The notes beneath the pieces were generated by a model. That model saw only the letters and a program-made list of their open reading frames with translations. It ran no database searches and had not been told where the DNA came from. The translations under genes were made by a program, and so were the position numbers. From the IMG/VR virus record IMGVR_UViG_3300042307_001315: 20,000 bases of DNA; one strand, given 5' to 3'. Position 1 is the first letter of the stretch; each line of letters opens with the position of its first letter. The DNA is from an uncultured virus (IMG/VR IMGVR_UViG_3300042307_001315) (Duplodnaviria; Heunggongvirae; Uroviricota; Caudoviricetes). Of this stretch, positions 15,491 to 20,000 are shown in pieces.

Positions 15491-16128
15491 ATTTTTATAA
15501 AGTAAGCGTTATTATCTTTAGTTAAATCAAATTTGTAATTTAATTCATCTAAAAATGATTTTATGTTGTCTAACCCAACATGAGGATATTCAACACACAA
15601 AATTTGAGGTAAAAATTTTGAGTTTTTCATCCCTTCTAAAACTTCTATTTCGTAACCTTCAACATCTAAGACAAATAAATCGATAGTTTGGTCATGAAAG
15701 TTTTCATTCATTAATTTATCTATAATATTATCATATCTCGTTGAAATAACATTATACTCTTCAAAATGACATCCTTCATGGTTTAATAAATCTTCGTGTG
15801 TCATTTTGTGTTTAAATGAACCATTACCAAACTTAGTCCCATGATATGGATGTACGGCGTGTTTGAATTTTAAAGTTGTTTCTTCACTACCTAAACCCAA
15901 ATTAAAATTGTGTGATTTAGTTCTATTTGATTTTAACATCTCAAAAATTGGTGGAGATGCTTCAATATTGATACAAGTCCACCCTAAATTTTCTTCAAAA
16001 AATAAAGTTGACGACTCCATTACACCATCAAATGCTCCACATTCAATACTAATCCCTTTTTCTTTATTTTGAAAATACCTCTCAAAAATAAACTTATCCT
16101 GTTCAGATTGTCCGTAAAATTTATACAT
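15487..16128 (-). CDS. FkbM-family SAM methyltransferase, about 213 aa
   Basis: FYGQSEQD, IECGAFDG, GWTCINIEA, IDLFVLDVEGYEIEVLEG. Start set to ATG 16128, which gives an 8-bp overlap with the upstream stop. Confidence 0.88.
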   Translation of the reverse strand: MYKFYGQSEQDKFIFERYFQNKEKGISIECGAFDGVMESSTLFFEENLGWTCINIEASPPIFEMLKSNRTKSHNFNLGLGSEETTLKFKHAVHPYHGTKFGNGSFKHKMTHEDLLNHEGCHFEEYNVISTRYDNIIDKLMNENFHDQTIDLFVLDVEGYEIEVLEGMKNSKFLPQILCVEYPHVGLDNIKSFLDELNYKFDLTKDNNAYFIKI

Positions 16129-16942
16129 TTTGTATTTCTCTGATATAGTCATCAAAATTGATGAAAATTTGTTTATTATGCTCTGTTTGAAATTGATAAA
16201 AAATGTCCTCATTTACTAACGACAATAATTTATCCGTAAATAATGACATACAGAAAAAACCTCCTCCGCCCATCATTATTATTTTTTTTGAATTTAATAT
16301 TAAAGTTAAATCATTAATTATATTTTCAAGGTTAATTCCTTCAGAGGAATAATCATCTTTAGTTAAATCAATAATTTTATTTTTATCTATGTTTTTAATG
16401 TATTCATCATACAATGAATATACCATTTCATTACCAATAATTGAATACTCCCCGGTGTAGTTTACATTTTTTTCCCCAAGTAATATTATTTTTGAATCTA
16501 TCGAATTTAAAGTATTAAAAAAAAATTCAGAATGTTGTTGAAAATTTGATAAATGGAAATTTCTTGATTTAGTAAATAATACAACATGATTTTTATATTC
16601 ATCATTAATAGAATCATTAGAAAACTTTTTCTTAAAAATATTCTTTATTCTATCATCAGTTAACATTTTATCGATGTAATCTCTATTAACTTCCCAAGTT
16701 TTTTCTGGATTAGTTTCACATTCTAAAACAACAAAATCACTCAAAATAAACTTAACATAGTCGATACAAAATTTTTTATACGATTCACTTCCGTCCCTAT
16801 ACAAATTTAGATTAGTTTCATTAATCTTTATCTCTAAAACGTCTTCTTTGTTTAAACGTAATAACATTTCTCCGCAAAAGAATGTTAAATCCCCTATACC
16901 GATATTTTTTAATTCATATTTATGTGTTATTGATTTTTCCAT
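16121..16942 (-). CDS. Hypothetical protein, possibly GT-B-fold glycosyltransferase, about 273 aa
   Basis: N-terminal IGIGDL, later KIILLGE, IIDLT and GGGGFFCMSL resemble GT9-like GT-B enzymes. ATG 16942 preferred over TTG 16963. Function tentative. Confidence 0.5.
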   Translation of the reverse strand: MEKSITHKYELKNIGIGDLTFFCGEMLLRLNKEDVLEIKINETNLNLYRDGSESYKKFCIDYVKFILSDFVVLECETNPEKTWEVNRDYIDKMLTDDRIKNIFKKKFSNDSINDEYKNHVVLFTKSRNFHLSNFQQHSEFFFNTLNSIDSKIILLGEKNVNYTGEYSIIGNEMVYSLYDEYIKNIDKNKIIDLTKDDYSSEGINLENIINDLTLILNSKKIIMMGGGGFFCMSLFTDKLLSLVNEDIFYQFQTEHNKQIFINFDDYIREIQNV

Positions 16943-16963
16943 TTTAATAAAAAAAAAAATCAA

Positions 16964-17272
16964 TTAATATGTTTTATGTGCTCTCTGTAAAAATTTACCG
17001 TTATCTAAATCCTCACCATTTAATTTTGCTTCAATTATTTCAATAATTTTTGAGTCAACCTCATTTATTAATTGATTTCTTTGAACATTTAAGTCGCATG
17101 CCTTTTTTAATGTCTCCCAAAGTAAATTAGCCCCACTTTCGTCGTTAAAGTATTTTTCCTTATACTCTTCAAAAGTCATTCTTCTTATATCGTATAATAA
17201 CTCCTGATTATCCCACATTTTCATGTCAACTGTTACTAATTTATCAATAACGTTTCCTAATGTATCTGCCAT
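16964..17272 (-). CDS. Small helical protein, DUF4254-like, 102 aa
   Basis: DTLGNVIDKL...MWDNQE...DLNVQRNQLINEVD pattern recalls DUF4254-type proteins seen near polysaccharide genes. Confidence 0.5.
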   Translation of the reverse strand: MADTLGNVIDKLVTVDMKMWDNQELLYDIRRMTFEEYKEKYFNDESGANLLWETLKKACDLNVQRNQLINEVDSKIIEIIEAKLNGEDLDNGKFLQRAHKTY

Positions 17273-17277
17273 AATTT

Positions 17278-17709
17278 TTATTTATTTAAGTTTTTATTTA
17301 ATTTCATTATATGATAAGTAGGGTGAGTTTCAATAATATGAAATTCTTTTTTCATATAAACTGATATTGCAACATGATTATCAATATCAACCGACAATAA
17401 GATATCCGAATTAGAATTTAGTATCAAATCATCCATAATCTTACTCCCTATTTTTTTTCCGGTTTCTGTATCCCCAACCAAAATTCCTAACCATACAATA
17501 TCGTCTTCAGTATCTAAATGACCATAACCAACACATTTATCACCATCATAGTATAGACAGGTATAAATGTGATTTTTAACAACTTTGTAAGGTCTTTTTG
17601 AAAAATATCTAAACTTGTTAGTCCCAATAGGATTATTTTTAATGAAGTCATCTAAATCAATCAATGACGAATAATCTTTGTGATTTATAATTTTTTTAAT
17701 CAAATCCAT
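17278..17709 (-). CDS. GNAT-family N-acetyltransferase, 143 aa
   Basis: VGYGHL, WLGILVGDTETGKKIGSKIM (motif A), LSVDIDNHVAISVYMKKEF (motif B). Confidence 0.85.
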   Translation of the reverse strand: MDLIKKIINHKDYSSLIDLDDFIKNNPIGTNKFRYFSKRPYKVVKNHIYTCLYYDGDKCVGYGHLDTEDDIVWLGILVGDTETGKKIGSKIMDDLILNSNSDILLSVDIDNHVAISVYMKKEFHIIETHPTYHIMKLNKNLNK

Positions 17710-18411
17710 TTATAAAGTTTTAATGTCGTGTTTATTAACGTATGGTGATATAAATTGTCTATCACAATACATATGTGCAATAACGTTTTCATTATATTTT
17801 TTACACATCATCAAACTTAAAAAAGAACTACTAATAATATTAACCGATTTAGCGTTCTCAATAACCTTCAATAAACTAAACATCCCGTACTGTGGTTCAG
17901 CCGTAATGATAGGATAATCAGGTTTTAATAATTCTCTATTGATTTTTATGTTTTCTTCATCCTTTTCATGAACAAAATGATAATCATGAATTCCTTTACT
18001 AACAATTAATTCGTAGTAAACCTTTTCTTCTAATTCATAATCCCTTTCAATATAAAAATAATCTTGTTTAATTTTTGGGTCCATCCCAACAATTAAATAA
18101 AAAGAATCGTCAAAATATTTTTCATAACGATATCCCATATTATCGCAAAAATGGGAAGAAATAATCTTATCAAAATTTTCATTTTTAATAAAATGTTCCA
18201 TTTCACCATCGTTTAACACACTTTTGACTTTAATCCTTGGGTTATCTCTAAACATAAACACTACGTTATTATGGTAGTGATGTTTAGCCGCAATATGAAT
18301 TTCGGAATTTGGGTTATCTTCTGCAATTTTACGTATCATACCGTTATGAACTACAGAGTCACCCATACCTAAATGGTGTTTCACAAATATTTTTAAAGGT
18401 TCCCCACTCAT
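17710..18411 (-). CDS. Hypothetical protein, putative GT-B-fold glycosyltransferase, 233 aa
   Basis: N-terminal HHLGMGDSVVHNGMIR (GxGD) and C-terminal VIENAKSVNIISSSF resemble GT9-like architecture. Confidence 0.5.
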   Translation of the reverse strand: MSGEPLKIFVKHHLGMGDSVVHNGMIRKIAEDNPNSEIHIAAKHHYHNNVVFMFRDNPRIKVKSVLNDGEMEHFIKNENFDKIISSHFCDNMGYRYEKYFDDSFYLIVGMDPKIKQDYFYIERDYELEEKVYYELIVSKGIHDYHFVHEKDEENIKINRELLKPDYPIITAEPQYGMFSLLKVIENAKSVNIISSSFLSLMMCKKYNENVIAHMYCDRQFISPYVNKHDIKTL

Positions 18412-18413
18412 AA

Positions 18414-19679
18414 TTAACTAACGTGATTATGAGTTATTCTTCCGGTAATTCTATCACACCATCCTTTTGATTCTGAATAAGGCCATACAACCCAATAATC
18501 AGGTAATGCGTCTGTTTGGAACTCTCTCCAAATCTTACAATAACCATCAGGGTCTCTTAACATTCCCGCAATTTCTGCTTTGTCAGCATCTTTTCTAAAT
18601 AAAGTTTCATCTTTATTATTGTGGAATGCAACCACCCAAAATTCATAATCTTTTTCAGGAACACTTGTATATCCAACATCAATACAATGTTTGAATACCA
18701 TACAAAAACTATTTTTCCATTCTTCTTCGGTTTCAAAGTTATAAGGGTTTGGTGGATATCCTTTGTCTAATGTATGTTTATCAATTGCTCTTTTTTCAAA
18801 TAAAAGACCTGAATATTTTTCATACTCTTTTAATGTTCTAACAGGTCCAAATCCGTAAGGTCCGTCATGACCTTCTTGTTCCTCTCCATCCATACCAAAT
18901 AATTTTCTATTTGTGTGATGAGAGTGTCTATTTTTTTCTCCCCATGTTTTATCATCATCCCATTGTTTTGTTCTACCCTTACGAGTATATTCGTGAAACA
19001 CAACAGGAAGATGTGGATGAAATAAATCATAACCCCAAGTGTATGCTCGTGCTGCAATTGAAATTTCTTCACCGTGGAAATAATATTCCGGATTATGTTG
19101 TACCTCAATTGAGAAAGCACCTAAAGTAAAACAAAAGTGTGCTGAGTAAAATCTTGCGGTCACAGGTTTTTTTAATTCTTTCCATCCCGGAATAGTTTCA
19201 GGTAAGAAGAAGACAGCTCCTTCAGGAATAAATCTATCAAAGACCATTCTCCATGGTTCATTAATTCTACTCTCCGGATAATTTTCGGGGTCAAAAGATG
19301 GGACGTAACCCGTAAGTAGAGGCTTTTCGTATCCATCCTTCTGTAACCCCTTAATCATTTTTATTAAGATATCATCCCAATCTTTAACAAATCTCATATG
19401 AGAATCAATTTGAAGAGTATACGTTTCACCTTCATAAAGTTGTTGGGTTAGATTTCTTGCCCAACAAACACCTTTAGACTCTTCGTAAGGAATATCAAGT
19501 ATTCTAAATCTTTTGTCTTTTCTGTAATCTTCTAATTTATCAAAACCATCTTCTTCACTGAATTGTCTTGCAATTCCAAATGTGATATTTTTAGGCTTCT
19601 TGGCGTTTGCCAACATATCTTTGATTGTTGGTTCTAATTGTGGGTCTCTATAGGACGCGATTTGAACAAATATTTTCAT
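18414..19679 (-). CDS. GT60-family GlcNAc transferase (Skp1 Gnt1 / polypeptide alpha-GlcNAc transferase-like), 421 aa
   Basis: IFVQIASYRDP, GVCWAR, LQIDSHMRFVKDWD (DxH), FHGEEISIAARAYTWGYDLFHP, VFHEY are the conserved blocks of Dictyostelium Gnt1-type enzymes (Pfam GlcNAc). Confidence 0.9.
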   Translation of the reverse strand: MKIFVQIASYRDPQLEPTIKDMLANAKKPKNITFGIARQFSEEDGFDKLEDYRKDKRFRILDIPYEESKGVCWARNLTQQLYEGETYTLQIDSHMRFVKDWDDILIKMIKGLQKDGYEKPLLTGYVPSFDPENYPESRINEPWRMVFDRFIPEGAVFFLPETIPGWKELKKPVTARFYSAHFCFTLGAFSIEVQHNPEYYFHGEEISIAARAYTWGYDLFHPHLPVVFHEYTRKGRTKQWDDDKTWGEKNRHSHHTNRKLFGMDGEEQEGHDGPYGFGPVRTLKEYEKYSGLLFEKRAIDKHTLDKGYPPNPYNFETEEEWKNSFCMVFKHCIDVGYTSVPEKDYEFWVVAFHNNKDETLFRKDADKAEIAGMLRDPDGYCKIWREFQTDALPDYWVVWPYSESKGWCDRITGRITHNHVS

Positions 19680-19700
19680 GTATTATACGTTTTAGGTAAA

Positions 19701-19732
19701 AATAAAAAACCCTCGAGATAAGTCGAGGGTTT
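19701..19732 (-). terminator. Intrinsic terminator after the Pro/Thr-rich gene
   Basis: Inverted repeat AAACCCTCGA (19707-19716) / TCGAGGGTTT (19723-19732), 6-nt loop; on the minus strand the 3' arm runs into TTTTTTATTTTT. Confidence 0.85.
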
Positions 19733-19800
19733 ATTAAATTATATTTTATTTTTTTTATATTAGTTGTTGTTAACAAATAAATCGAAACTAAACACCATCA

Positions 19801-20000
19801 TTATGGTCTAGTTGGTGTTGGTGTTGGTGTTGGTGTTTCTCCACCAGCAGTTGGTGTTGGTGTTGGTGTTTCTCCACCAGCAGTTGGTGTTGGTGTTGGT
19901 GTTTCTCCTCCCGGTGTTGATGTTACTGTTGCGGTTACTGTTGGAGTAATACCTGTAACTTCAGGAGTATTACTTGGTGTTGGTGTTGGTGTTTCTCCTC
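19801..20000 (-). CDS. C-terminal end of a Pro/Thr-rich (mucin-like) protein, truncated by window edge
   Basis: Not in ORF track (start lies outside the window). Frame 19998->19801 reads GETPTPTPSNTPEVTGITPTVTATVTSTPGGETPTPTPTAGGETPTPTPTAGGETPTPTPTPTRP-stop (TAA 19803-19801). Confidence 0.85.
   Translation of the reverse strand, partial: GETPTPTPSNTPEVTGITPTVTATVTSTPGGETPTPTPTAGGETPTPTPTAGGETPTPTPTPTRP
19810..19911. repeat. Coding tandem repeat, about three copies of a 33-bp unit (GGETPTPTPTA) with nested GGTGTT hexamers
   Basis: Unit agcagttggtgttggtgttggtgtttctccacc repeated; the last coding copy has one extra hexamer. A further GETPTPTP copy is at about 19975-19998. Confidence 0.9.

Noticed and set aside
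1625..19129. Short alternative-frame ORFs (1625-1840, 2715-3002, 3560-3757, 4422-4607, 5780-5971, 9512-9736, 12863-13081, 13963-14178, 14886-15107, 15863-16072, 17723-17917, 18830-19120, 18911-19129)
   Set aside because: All lie within or antisense to longer genes with clear motifs and show no recognisable domains; treated as shadow ORFs.
9549..19679. Ordinary bacterial O-antigen/capsule locus
   Set aside because: No flippase, polymerase, ABC exporter or priming phosphoglycosyltransferase, and the neighbours are phage genes. Modification of host surface glycans is not fully excluded.
9549..19679. DNA hypermodification (base glycosylation) cluster next to polB
   Set aside because: No hydroxymethylase, thymidylate synthase homolog, TET/JBP or recognisable DNA glucosyltransferase in the window, and GT60/GT10/GT25 act on proteins or glycans. 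Less likely, though not disproved.
1..20000. Stop-codon reassignment as seen in some large phages
   Set aside because: Genes are full length and tile the window under the standard bacterial code; no fragmentation at TAG or TGA.

Overview
AT-rich, densely coding window that looks like part of a large tailed bacteriophage (T4-like myovirus/jumbo type). Support: a T4 gp13-like neck gene, a probable gp14-like head-closure gene, a BppU-like baseplate gene, a family B DNA polymerase, overlapping stop/start codons and intrinsic terminators. The left half (1-9.5 kb) mixes virion and replication genes with unusual cargo: tandem small genes sharing an identical 53-bp 5' end, a SET-domain methyltransferase coupled to a SMARCAL1/ZRANB3-like SNF2 ATPase, and a Mn-type superoxide dismutase fused to a putative PD-(D/E)xK-like domain. 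The right half (9.5-20 kb) is a tightly packed 12-gene minus-strand glycosylation cluster. It begins with a GT60 (Gnt1/polypeptide alpha-GlcNAc transferase-like) gene and lies directly downstream of a gene ending in mucin-like Pro/Thr repeats. The main hypothesis is a phage-encoded mucin-type protein O-glycosylation system that builds a modified glycan on a virion protein. All family calls come from motifs recognised by eye; no searches were run.
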